Shown here piece after piece: positions 44,202 through 54,567 of a DNA stretch of 59,213 bases (the first letter of the stretch is position 1; the number at the start of each line of letters is the position of its first letter). The translations under genes were made by a program, and so were the position numbers. The notes under the pieces were generated by a model, which did no database searches, was not told the DNA's origin, and worked only from the letters and a program-made list of their open reading frames with translations. The stretch is from Thraustochytrium aureum. Its lineage: Eukaryota. The DNA lies in the NCBI GenBank assembly GCA_012862495.1, contig BLSG01000384.1:45790-105002 (forward strand), given 5' to 3'.

Positions 44202-47200
44202 TCAGGACTTCTTGGCAATGGCAGTGGCGGCGCGCTCTTCGGCCTCAGCGATCTCGCTCGCAAGCGCAGCTGAGCGGTCAACGAAATGGATTACCAACTG
44301 CAAATACGTCGACTCTGCAAGAGTGAAACGGCGCCTGCTGCGCTGAAGTAGGCTGAGGAGAAGCTGCACCGCTCGCTCGAGCCGCGATGCTTCAACCGCG
44401 GTCTTGCCCTCCAAAGCCAACGGAGCCCTGCGAGGTCGACCGTTCTCGAAGAGGGTGTCATAAAGCGCCAGCTGCCAGATTTTGTGTGGCATCGAGTCAA
44501 ACTCAATGACAGGGTCAACTGATCGCGCCAACGCAATTGCCTCGTAAACGCAGACTCGAGTACGTAGACGATGCATCTGGAGGATGCGGCTGTGAAAGAC
44601 AGAGTCTGGTAGGCCGCTCAAGTCGTCCTCGCCGGCATCCAACTCTCGATGCCCTGGAGCCGCGTCCTTCTGCGCTAGTTTCTCGGCACTGTGCTGCAAC
44701 GCAAGCAATGGGTCGGCCTCGAGGATGTGCAGCGCCCAGTCAAATGCAGTCCACTTGGGCTCCTCCAGTATCGCGATCAAGTCGGCTCGTTCGACGGCAA
44801 GGCCGCAGAGGCGCTGCCGCCGCGCAAAATCGCAAATCAGCCGGCCCAACTGGAGGAGCGTCTTTGAGGCTCTGTGCGATATGCTGGCATGCACTTCCGG
44901 GTCTGAATGGTCAAACAGACAAACCTGCTTGGCTCCTCGCTCGCGTTCGCGCTGCGCCCGAGCTCGCAAGAGCGACACCGAGTGCTGGACGAACTCGTGC
45001 GCGCGAGAGGCGGTCTCAAGCAATCCCTCATTGCTAGCCCCTTGGCCAGCCGCGACGTGAGGTGCCACGCGCTCTCCCGACACAGCGTTGGTCTTTGCAG
45101 CGCGCTTTTTGCGCAAGAAGGCCTTGTGCTGCTGCGCGAAGCGCGGGTCTATTCCATCGTGATTGACCAGCTGACTCACAAGCGCGAGAGCCAGCTCCAT
45201 GCAGACGACAGCGTTGGTGGGATTGTGCCGGTAATTTTGCTCGAGCGTCAATGCCGCGTCTGCCCAGAGGCCCTTCTCGGCCTGCAGGCGCGCCAGGTTT
45301 TGCAAGGTGCGCTCGTGCGATGGATCCAAAGTGAGCGCTCGCTTGTACAGAGCCATGCAGGCGTCTCTGCGGCGGAGCGTGTGGAGCTGGAAATTCGCAT
45401 AGTCCTTTATGCAGATGACAAAGTCCGGGTTCGCAGCCAGCGCGCGCGCAAAGAGCCAATCCACGACTCGGATCGTCAGCAGGGGCAGCTCGTTGTCTTT
45501 CTTTTGTCGAATCGACATGTCCAGGCCAAGCTCGTCCAGGGGCCCGAGTGCTTCCGCGAGCAGCGCAAGCGCCCTGTCCGCCTTTGCCACACGAGAGCCA
45601 TGCCGAAGGAACCGCTTGTACGTTGTGGTCGCGACAGCGTACCACGATCGCGCGTGGTCACGGTTGCAAGTCAGAGCCCGCAGAAACTCGCGCAAACTNN
45701 NNNNNNNNNNNNNNNNNNNNNNNNNNNNNNNNNNNNNNNNNNNNNNNNNNNNNNNNNNNNNNNNNNNNNNNNNNNNNNNNNNNNNNNNNNNNNNNNNNNN
45801 NNNNNNNNNNNNNNNNNNNNNNNNNNNNNNNNNNNNNNNNNNNNNNNNNNNNNNNNNNNNNNNNAACAAAAACTCGCAAAGCAAGCCTCGGTTGCATATC
45901 AGCCTGCTGTCGTCCGGGCACTTGGCCAGGCCAGCATCAAAGGCACGTCGAGATACCTCCGCAAGTCTCCGCGCCTCTTTCGCGTGCCCTCGCCGCATGC
46001 ATTGTTGCGCGCGGATGCACGCCTCCGTGCCTTGCGCATAGTCCATCACGGGTAAAATCACCGTTGTTCCGGCGACGTCGACGATGTCGTTGTTGTCGAA
46101 AACCTCGAGCAAATCAAAGCACGTGCTCACACTCCTTGCGGACTGCGAGGTCGAATCGTGCTGTTGCGAATGCCGCTCGGGCCCTACGCTGCTGGATGGG
46201 CTTTCGGTTGACGAAGTTGAACTCTGCCGGCGGAAGAGGGGCGGGGCACACCAGGAGGAGATCGCCTCCGGATCTCGCGCGGGCGCTGCTGGCGACCGAG
46301 TGGCCTCTCTACGTGCCGCTTCGATAGCTTCCTTTGCAGGCGGGGCAAGTTCGATGCCACACATGCGCTCGACTCGGTCGTAGAGCTTGGACGGGTCCAC
46401 AGCGCGCTTCCATAGGCAGTTGCAACACTCGCAAACCGTGCTGTCGGGCGCCTGCTCTCGCGGATCGCATTGCGCACGCGCGACGTCACGAAGCGCGTGA
46501 GATAAGACGCCGGGCGGGAACATGAAGCGCTCCTTCAGCAGGCCACCGACCCGGAGACACCAGAAGCGGCGCCGGTTTGCCTCTTCGACGAGTTCCGCAG
46601 CATCGTCAGTGCCCCCGCTGGGCCTGAGGGTGCTTGTCGCAGAAAGTCGCACGACCTGGTCCGCAAGGCGCACGATGTCGGTCGAGTACATGAGCTCGCG
46701 CGCTTGGCCGCACAGCGACTCCTTGGCGTCACGCGAGTTGCACTCGCAAGCGCACTTGTGGCGGCAGGTGGCTCCCGCACCAGACGGGCGGCTGCAAGTC
46801 GAGTACCCCAGCATGCGGTTCAGCTCGACCGTAACGGCGGCAGAGTAGGGCGTCACCACCGCAGTTCGAACATCAGAGCGGACTAGCCGCATCGCGGCGC
46901 GGAGAATGGCCTTTACGATGCGCGCGACGCCCTCAATGAGGGCAGCCTCCTTGACGGCGACCGAGCGCGCATGCGCGAGAACAAGCCCCAGAAACCGCAT
47001 GTTTATGCCGTGGCGGTGCATCGCTAAGGATAGTTCTTCGGGCGTCGGGGCTGGCGCCGCTTCCAACTTGCGAACGCAGTCAGGGATCACTTTGCACAGC
47101 AACTCGTTGGTGGCCCGGCACACAGCCTCGTTGTACTCTGGGTGTCCCGACGCCGCAAATCGAGAAAAGGCATCGCTAGACAGCGCCTCGCAGTACCCGC

Positions 47201-49241
47201 GCACCAGCTCGGGCCGCAGCATATTTGCAAGGTGGCTCCCGCGCTGGGAAACAACATTGTCCAGGCTGAACGCCGCACTGTCGACGCCCGGCGCAGCGTT
47301 CTCGGAAGCAAGGTCGAGGCTTGCGCGGACCGCGACCGCGAGCAACCGCGCCGGAGGGTGCGGGGGGAACAGCCGTGCAAAGTCAACCGCGTAGTACTCG
47401 AGCCCGCTGGAACCGCTCACGCAGTGCACCTCCATGTCGCATGGCGCGTCCATCCAAACGTTGCCCTTGCCGCCGCCTCGAACGGGATGGCGCGCCAAAT
47501 TCAGCGCACGGGCCGCAGAACGCATCAGGCCGCTTACAAAGGACTCTGGGTTGGCGCCCTCCAGGTTTCGCCCGCCGTCGCTTGACCCGTAGCACAGCGT
47601 CGCGGCGCCTTGGATGGGCAAGACCGAGATTGCCACTAGTTTGTACCCGCGGTATTTGATCACTGCCAGGAGAGGCAGCCTCAGCCCCGGAACCGAGGCG
47701 CTAAAAAGGGCCGTGAGTCCCTTCATCTGGTGGTTGGCCTCCTTTGAGGCGAGCTCCTCAGACCCGTAAAGCTGGTGCGCGTCGAGCGGGAATCGGAAGA
47801 AAATGTCCCCAGCAACGTACTTGTCTCCACCAGCAATTCCTCCGACATCACTCACGGGCTTGATGGTCTTGCGGGCGGCGCTCAGGTCCTTCTCTGCGAT
47901 GATCACCTTGCCATACGTCACCGCCGCGTGCCGAAAGTCTTGCACGAGGCGCCGAAGCCTCAAAAACGTCTCGTTCTCCCCGAAAATCACCGTGTCCGCG
48001 TTAACGATCTTCATCAACTCTTGGAACTCGAGGTTGAAGCTTCCGTCAAACTCGCTCAGATCAAGCGGACGGTGCCAATGGTTGTGGCTCCCCGCGTAGC
48101 TTGCCCCAGAGGACGTGCTTGCACTTGAGCTTGTTGCCTCGGGAAACTCGCTCCTTGTCGCTGGGACGTTTGCAGCGTTGAAACCTGAGTAGCCCCGTGC
48201 AGCTGACGTCCTCGGAATCGCTGCATTCATGGATATTGGCAGGACACAATCCGACTTTACTGCTGCGCTGCTATGGAGCGCTGCGCCAAAACTGTCAGCC
48301 CCTCGAACAGGGCCAGTGCTCTGGAGGCCGCGGATCTCGCGCTCGACCTGGACTTGTTCGCGATCGTCATGTCCGGGCAATCCTAGATTCCCGGCGTCCA
48401 CCGGTTCGAACGAGGCGTGCGAGCCGTGGCTGCCCTCGGCCGCCTCAAAACCTGAATAGGCACGCAGCACGACCCTTGAAGCCTTGTCGTCTCGTTGCAG
48501 CTCTTCCGAGTCCACGTCTTGGCGACTCACACGCCGCTCCAGGCCAGCAACACCGATCGACGCGGCGCTGTCCGCAGCGTGGCTCGCACTAGTCGACCAA
48601 TCGCTGGAAGGCTCGCCCCTGATTTGGCCTTGCGCGCAGTCGTTGTGTCTGGGCAGAGCTTGGTCGCCGCTGTGTATTGATTCGAAAGACGCGTACAGGC
48701 CGTGGCCGCCTTTGGCCGTCTCAAAAACTGCGTAGGCGCGCTGCCCAATGGTCGCAGCGTTGTTAACTGGTTGCTGCTCTTGCGAGTCAACGACTGGGCG
48801 ACCCGCGCCGTCAGCCCGGCCAAAAGCCCCGACCGCCGCGCCCCGAGGCGTCTCATCGAAAGGAGCAGCGCTGTACTGTTCTCCTGCCAGGCCAGTGGGC
48901 CACGGCGCGTAAAGGCGCTGCAGCTCGTGTGGCTTGGTCGCGAGCAGCTGAGCCCGGCTGGGGTCCTCGTCGTCCACGTCCCAGCCTTTGTTCAGTGCAA
49001 CAGCAGCATCTTCGCCTATTGGGACGGCGGCGCCGCGCTCCGCGGATGTATGCGCCTCGAACGGCGCGTACCCCGCCGTCGTTTTTGGAGCGCCAACAGG
49101 TGTTCGCGGCCACGACAAAGCTGGCGACGGCGATTTCGCCGCGCCGCCAGCATCACCCGCAACGCTGGTAGACCAGCAAGCTCCTCGCTCCGGCGAAGCT
49201 GTTGCGCTCCTCCGGGCGGCGCGCTCTGTCGCCTCTGCCAT
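44202..49241 (-). CDS. Clu-domain protein with C-terminal TPR repeats; spans a small gap
   Basis: DFRHAAVTYGKVIIAE, GGIAGGDKY, YRGYKLVAISVLPI, LCYGSSDGG, DMEVH, DFARLFPP, LRPELV, LSSDAFSRF and MHRHGINMRFLG. TPR-like repeats follow (LFARALAANP, YKRALTLDP). Confidence 0.85.
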   Translation of the reverse strand: MAEATERAARRSATASPERGACWSTSVAGDAGGAAKSPSPALSWPRTPVGAPKTTAGYAPFEAHTSAERGAAVPIGEDAAVALNKGWDVDDEDPSRAQLLATKPHELQRLYAPWPTGLAGEQYSAAPFDETPRGAAVGAFGRADGAGRPVVDSQEQQPVNNAATIGQRAYAVFETAKGGHGLYASFESIHSGDQALPRHNDCAQGQIRGEPSSDWSTSASHAADSAASIGVAGLERRVSRQDVDSEELQRDDKASRVVLRAYSGFEAAEGSHGSHASFEPVDAGNLGLPGHDDREQVQVEREIRGLQSTGPVRGADSFGAALHSSAAVKSDCVLPISMNAAIPRTSAARGYSGFNAANVPATRSEFPEATSSSASTSSGASYAGSHNHWHRPLDLSEFDGSFNLEFQELMKIVNADTVIFGENETFLRLRRLVQDFRHAAVTYGKVIIAEKDLSAARKTIKPVSDVGGIAGGDKYVAGDIFFRFPLDAHQLYGSEELASKEANHQMKGLTALFSASVPGLRLPLLAVIKYRGYKLVAISVLPIQGAATLCYGSSDGGRNLEGANPESFVSGLMRSAARALNLARHPVRGGGKGNVWMDAPCDMEVHCVSGSSGLEYYAVDFARLFPPHPPARLLAVAVRASLDLASENAAPGVDSAAFSLDNVVSQRGSHLANMLRPELVRGYCEALSSDAFSRFAASGHPEYNEAVCRATNELLCKVIPDCVRKLEAAPAPTPEELSLAMHRHGINMRFLGLVLAHARSVAVKEAALIEGVARIVKAILRAAMRLVRSDVRTAVVTPYSAAVTVELNRMLGYSTCSRPSGAGATCRHKCACECNSRDAKESLCGQARELMYSTDIVRLADQVVRLSATSTLRPSGGTDDAAELVEEANRRRFWCLRVGGLLKERFMFPPGVLSHALRDVARAQCDPREQAPDSTVCECCNCLWKRAVDPSKLYDRVERMCGIELAPPAKEAIEAARREATRSPAAPARDPEAISSWCAPPLFRRQSSTSSTESPSSSVGPERHSQQHDSTSQSARSVSTCFDLLEVFDNNDIVDVAGTTVILPVMDYAQGTEACIRAQQCMRRGHAKEARRLAEVSRRAFDAGLAKCPDDSRLICNRGLLCEFLXXXXXXXXXXXXXXXXXXXXXXXXXXXXXXXXXXXXXXXXXXXXXXXXXXXXXXXXSLREFLRALTCNRDHARSWYAVATTTYKRFLRHGSRVAKADRALALLAEALGPLDELGLDMSIRQKKDNELPLLTIRVVDWLFARALAANPDFVICIKDYANFQLHTLRRRDACMALYKRALTLDPSHERTLQNLARLQAEKGLWADAALTLEQNYRHNPTNAVVCMELALALVSQLVNHDGIDPRFAQQHKAFLRKKRAAKTNAVSGERVAPHVAAGQGASNEGLLETASRAHEFVQHSVSLLRARAQRERERGAKQVCLFDHSDPEVHASISHRASKTLLQLGRLICDFARRQRLCGLAVERADLIAILEEPKWTAFDWALHILEADPLLALQHSAEKLAQKDAAPGHRELDAGEDDLSGLPDSVFHSRILQMHRLRTRVCVYEAIALARSVDPVIEFDSMPHKIWQLALYDTLFENGRPRRAPLALEGKTAVEASRLERAVQLLLSLLQRSRRRFTLAESTYLQLVIHFVDRSAALASEIAEAEERAATAIAKKS

Positions 49242-49979
49242 CGTGCGAGGCAGTTCGGTGTTTGCCTTGCACCGAGGCTCGCGAGTCGAGACGACTTTGG
49301 GCGCACCATGTTGCCTCCAGACGGCGCACGCAGCGAGCACCGACAAGGGCGACTGCGCGCAGCATCAGGCTGCGTCAGTGGCGCCAGGCGAACGCATTGT
49401 CGGCGGGGTAGCAGACCCGCGCCATCGCTTGGTCCACCGCGCCTTGCCCTTGTTTCGGGGAAACTGCACAGGTCGCTTGTTTCTACTTTAGAAGCCTATG
49501 CATCGCTGCCACACGCGCGGGGCTCCAGCTGCTGAAGCCAGGCGGCGCGCGAGGGGGGCCACTGCTCGCCAAGACGCTCTCCCGCGTCACACGCCACAGC
49601 GCAAGAGCGGCACGCTCAAGGCCTCGCGGAGTGCAGCTCCAGAGCACTCCAGCCAGCCAGCCAGCCAGCCACAGCCGACGAGCCGGCCAGCGAGCCAACC
49701 AGCCAGCGGGCACGATAGAGCGCTAGAGTTTGAGCGAGAGAGCGGCTTGCTTGGGCGCCGCAGCGAGGCATTCAAGGCCCTCAATCCTATCCTATCCTGT
49801 CCACCAGCATGTTGTCGCCAACACGACGGGGTCGAGCTCGCGGCGATCAAGGATCACCAGAGCCACTTCGTCCTATCCGCTCGACCTTGACGTCGCCGCG
49901 AAGCAATCGTTCAACGAGGCAAGCCGCGCACTGCAGGCTGAGCGCGGGCGTTGAGCAGGCGACGACGAAAGGCAAAAGC

Positions 49980-51503
49980 ATGGCGCGCGACGCCGAACGG
50001 CGAAGCGAAGGAGGGCGTGACAGTGCCCAAGTGCCGCTGGGCATCCACGAACGGCGGCTCCTGCGCTTTGCTACATCAAGCGGTAATTGGCGCATTGGGC
50101 AGCTGCTCAGGGTCAGGCGGCCGGCGGACTGCGTGGATTTCGCTGGAACCGTGCGAAACGCAGTCGACCGGCTCCAGAAGCGGCACAAGGTCCTGCGCCA
50201 CCGCATCGAGTGGAGCGGTCGCAAGCCCGCGCTCGTTCTCGACCCAAGCTATCGAATTCGAGTTGTCGAGCTGCCAACCGGGACGAGCGGCGAGGCCGCA
50301 TGGGAGCACATCCGCGGTGCGCCCCTCTGCTCAGGAGGCGGTGCGCTGGCTGTGGCTGTGGCGGAGAACGCAGAAGACGACGATCGCATCGCGTCGATTG
50401 TCGTTTCGATGGACCACGTAATTTGCGACGGGCTCTCTCATAGCGCGCTGTGTCACGAGCTCCTCGAGGCAGTCTCCTCGACTGGGATTTTCAATGGCGA
50501 GCTGGATCCACCAGAGGTTCAAATCCCGCCCACAATCTTGGCGCTGACGCTCCGCACCATCCCGTGCGGGATTGCGCGAGCCTCTTTGGAGATCGCCAAG
50601 TGCACCGTCGAGGCCATGGACTGCCTCGTCGGGGCTCGCTTCCCAGTCCAGGACGCCAGAATTCGGCTCGATGACATGGCTAGCGCCTGCAACATGTTTT
50701 GGAGCAAGGCGTGCCTGGACGAACGCGCGACGGCGGCGCTGGTCGAGGCATGTCGAAAGCGGGGCACCACGGTGACGGGGGCCGTGTGCGCGTGCATTGC
50801 GGACGCATTCGCGCTCGTTGTTCAGCAGGCCGAAGGTCACCAGCGCGACGTCGTCGTGACAACTACGCTCTCTGCGGATATGCGGCGCCACTACGCTGGC
50901 TCCCCAATCTCGGAGAGCAATCTCAGTTTTCATGCGTCGTCGGTGGCCCCGGCGCCTATAACGGCCTCAGGGCGCGGCAGCTTGAACGAGCTCTGGCCGC
51001 GCGCAGTCTACTTTCGCAACAAGGTCGCCGGCGCGATTGCTCGCAATTTTCACCTTTGGATGGTGTTTGTGTCTGCGGCGCTCATGAACACGTCCCAGAT
51101 GGCCTTCTTCATGCAGACGAAGAGCTTCGTCTCCAACTGGGGCTTGTCGCCCATCCGCACCGAGTATGGGCCCTGGCGGGTGCTCGAAGTCGTGCCTTTC
51201 CTCAACATGACGCAGGAGAGGCGGCCGACCGTTCTGATCCAAAGCTTTGGCGGGAGGCTCACGATTATGACGGGAGGGCCTACCCCGGCGCTCTGCGAGG
51301 AGGATCTCGAGCGCTATCACAGGGCGCTGGTCCTACGGATCCGCGCGATGGCGCTCGCGCCGAACCAGCCCGAGGGCGCCGTGGACGAGTACGTATTCGA
51401 AGGGCGCACTCTGAGCGGCGCGATCCATGTTGCCTTGCGCATACTCGCACTGATGCTAGCTGCCCAGGTCCTCGCTGCAGCGTTTGGAGCGCGCCTCTGG
51501 TAG
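49980..51503 (+). CDS. CoA-dependent acyltransferase of the condensation / alcohol acetyltransferase / PapA5-like fold, with C-terminal membrane anchor
   Basis: LQKRHKVLRHRI, catalytic HxxxDG (DHVICDGLS), LVEACRKRGTTVTGA, VSNWG and a terminal hydrophobic helix. Confidence 0.82.
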   Translation: MARDAERRSEGGRDSAQVPLGIHERRLLRFATSSGNWRIGQLLRVRRPADCVDFAGTVRNAVDRLQKRHKVLRHRIEWSGRKPALVLDPSYRIRVVELPTGTSGEAAWEHIRGAPLCSGGGALAVAVAENAEDDDRIASIVVSMDHVICDGLSHSALCHELLEAVSSTGIFNGELDPPEVQIPPTILALTLRTIPCGIARASLEIAKCTVEAMDCLVGARFPVQDARIRLDDMASACNMFWSKACLDERATAALVEACRKRGTTVTGAVCACIADAFALVVQQAEGHQRDVVVTTTLSADMRRHYAGSPISESNLSFHASSVAPAPITASGRGSLNELWPRAVYFRNKVAGAIARNFHLWMVFVSAALMNTSQMAFFMQTKSFVSNWGLSPIRTEYGPWRVLEVVPFLNMTQERRPTVLIQSFGGRLTIMTGGPTPALCEEDLERYHRALVLRIRAMALAPNQPEGAVDEYVFEGRTLSGAIHVALRILALMLAAQVLAAAFGARLW

Positions 51504-51619
51504 CGAATTTGCACGGTGCGCCTGCCCCGCGGGACTGGACAAGTGAAAGGCGGCAAGGGGTTGGCGGACAGGCGGGGCGCCAGCGCATCGAGGTGTCTAC
51601 TGGAAGAGAGGATCTACTG

Positions 51620-53460
51620 TTAGTTGAGCGCTTCACCGCCGATAAAACGGTTGATCATCGCGAGTGCGTTCTCCGGCTGGTCCATCGGGACCATGTGGCC
51701 AGCCTGCGCCACGCGAAGAAACGTAAAGTTGCGGTGCGTGCGGAAGGCGCCGGCGTCCGAGCCGCCAACGGTCCAGGGTGTCATGGGCGCCTTGTTGAAG
51801 TCCGCCTTTCCACTCCACTCCAGCTTGAGCGTCCAGGCCTGGTTGCCAAGCCAGTTGCAAATATAGTCCTGGTCGCCGGCATAGATGAGCACGTTGACCC
51901 CCGCCTCGAGTAGGTCCGGGATGTTTTGTTGCGAGTTGCGCATAAAGTCGCCCATGAGCGCGAGCCGCACGCTCATGTCGCACGAGGTCCACGCCTTGGT
52001 CACGCCGAGGTAGGTTTTGACCTTTTCCGAGTTGAGAAACTTGTCCACGTTGGCAAAGTCGTAGCAGAGCGGTGGAACCTTGCACTGGATGCGGGCGTCG
52101 TACTGGTTCCAGCCCCCTGACACATACGGGATCATCAGGCCCAGCGAGAAGGCCTCCTCGGCGGCGACGCAGGCCGCGTAGCCGCCGACCGAGTTGCAAA
52201 GCTTGGCGGCAGCCACGACTGCGGGAGTGGCCACGTTCTTCATGACCCAGTAGGTCATGGCGTTCACGCGCGGCGGCGTGGTCCCGCTCTTGTAGGCCAT
52301 ATCGGCGTAGTAGGCCACTTGCGTGACGCGATCCGTGAGCCCGTTGCCGATGGCAATGCCCTTCATGTTGATCTTGGGCACGCCCGCCGGAGGCGCTTTG
52401 TTTCCCTCAAGGATGCGGTGCGCAAGGAAAGGCACGTAAGACCCCGCGAACGACTCGCCAGTTACGAAAAAGTCGCGATCCGCGTACTGTGGGTACTTGG
52501 TCATGAACTCGGTCAGGAACTCGTACATGTCTTCCGCGACCGTTTCCTCGTCAGTATCGAGCGCCCCGTACGAAAACCCAGTTCCTGCGGGCTGGTCGAT
52601 GTAGATCACCGAGGCGTTAGAGTTCCAGCTGTACGGGTTGCGCTCCGTCCCCGAGCCGTCGTCAGTGACGTGGCAGGGCCCGTTCTCGGCAAAGAGCGCC
52701 ACCCCACTCGAGCACCCGGGGCCACCAGTCATCCAGAGCACGACCGGGTCGGTCTTGGGCTCGTTGCGGCTCTCGAAAAACCAGAAGAAGTAGTGCTTGT
52801 TCTGCTCGTGCAGGCGAAAGTAGCCTGCCATTTGGTCCACATCGGGATCGCACAGGTGCTCGTCCTCGCCGTCGTTGGCGCCGAGTCCGGTCGCCTCGCC
52901 GAGCACGCCGAGCTCGCTGCGTTCATCGGGCTGGGCCACGCGCTTGCGGCGGTGCTCCATGGTGATCTCGATCCCCGCGGAGGGCGTGGCGTCCGCGTAC
53001 GCCTTGGGTTTGTCGCACTTGAAGACGGCGTCAGGGAGCTGCTGGGCCTGCTCGGTTGTGTAGCAGGCGCTCGGGATCGTCTTCGATAGGCACCACACGC
53101 AGTCGCTGTTCTTCTCGCACGCGGCTTGGTTGTGGTACATGTCATGGCAGGGGGTCTCCTCGGCGACGCCGCCGCGCAAACCTTGCTTTTCCTCTGCTGG
53201 CTCCTCTGCGAGCACCGCAGCTTCCGCCTCGGGCTCCCCCGCGCCACACTGAAAGACAACCGCGGGTAGCTGCTCAGCCTGCTCACTCGTGTAGCAAGCG
53301 CTCGGCACGGTTTTCGAGACGCACCACACCACTCCGCATCCGCCGCGCAGGCCGCGGCATCCCGGTACGTCTCATGGCACGCGGCATCCGCCGCTGCAGC
53401 ACCAACCGACACCAGAGCTGCAGCGCAGACGGCCAGCCCAGCGTGCCATTTTCCGCCCAT
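51620..53460 (-). CDS. Serine carboxypeptidase S10 (CPY-like) with signal peptide and two Cys-rich N-terminal repeats; frameshift near 53330
   Basis: FFWFFESRN, WMTGGPGCSS, IDQPAGTGFS, GESFAG (Ser), GDQDYICN (Asp) and AGHMVP (His). The signal peptide MGGKWHAGLAVCAAALVSVGA sits in the adjacent frame. Confidence 0.95.
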
Positions 53461-53624
53461 TTTGTGCAAGGTCGTGCAGCGCCGACTGCGGACAGAAACC
53501 AGACTCGACTGAGCGGGCGCTATCGNNNNNNNNNNNNNNNNNNNNNNNNNNNNNNNNNNNNNNNNNNNNNNNNNNNNNNNNNNNNCGCTATCGCGACGCT
53601 CTTACGCACACCAAGACAGAGCCT

Positions 53625-53686
53625 CCTGCTTGTCTGCCTGCTTGTCTGCCTGCCTGCTTGTCTGCCTGCCTGCCTGTCTGCCTGCC
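53625..53686. repeat. GCCT/GTCT tetranucleotide microsatellite
   Basis: Read directly, next to a gap edge. Confidence 0.75.
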
Positions 53687-53769
53687 CGCGTCCCGCGTCG
53701 TTCGGGCTCTGCTGCTCGGTCAAAGATATCTCACCAATCTCTGCATCAATCGTCCCACGAGACCATTTT

Positions 53770-54130
53770 CACGTCACGTTATCCTCATGGTGACGAGTAT
53801 TTTCTTGCACATCACGTCAGAGAGGCGAGGTCGTTATGGTGATGGAAAAGTCCTGTGCGTCACGTTGGACGGCTCGTTACGAGGGGTCAGTCGTAACGTA
53901 CTGAGCTAGGTTACGTCCTTCACAGACAGATTTGCGTCATTTTGGGAACTTTTATGACGAGCTAGCCGAACCTGCCTCGGCTCCAGAGTCAGTAACGAAG
54001 ACCCGCGACGCGTCGTGAGCGGCGGCACGCGCATCGACCGGCGCGTCAGTGACACGGCCTCGTGACGCCCCGCAGGACAGCGCGAGAGGCGCGAGAGGCG
54101 CTCACGTCACCTGAGGTCCCCTGTGACGAG
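53770..54130. promoter_or_regulatory. Dense cluster of TGACG/CGTCA (CRE/ATF-like) motifs in a divergent promoter
   Basis: Ten copies counted at 53772, 53791, 53815, 53858, 53935, 53955, 54044, 54063, 54105 and 54124, between the starts of the carboxypeptidase and MSP1. Confidence 0.55.
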
Positions 54131-54359
54131 CGTGGTGTCGGGCCAGGCGCGGGAGAATCGGCGGAGGCGCAGAGCGCCTTTGAATGCGAGGGCTGCTGCG
54201 GCCGTCGGAGAAGAGGAGCGGCTGCTTGGCGAATCCCTCACTTGATCGCGTTTCACTGCGTGCAGCGTAGTTGTATGCCCCTGTGCGAGCGGCAGCGCCG
54301 TGCTTTTGTTTGCGTGCTTGCTTCGATCTCGCCGAGGTCTTCGCGGTGAGCTCGACGCG

Positions 54360-54535
54360 ATGGCGTCGTGGATCAGCAGCTTGCCTGGTGCGGCTGCGCT
54401 GTTTGGGACAGACGGGGGAAACGCTGGTGCGGCTGCTGCCAGCGGTGGGGCTGCGGCGGCGACGCAGAATGTGCAGCATGCTGGTGGTGCGCCGGGCGTC
54501 GCACCTGCTGTCACGCCAGCCCGGTTTGGCGGGGC

Positions 54536-54567
<32 letters not shown>

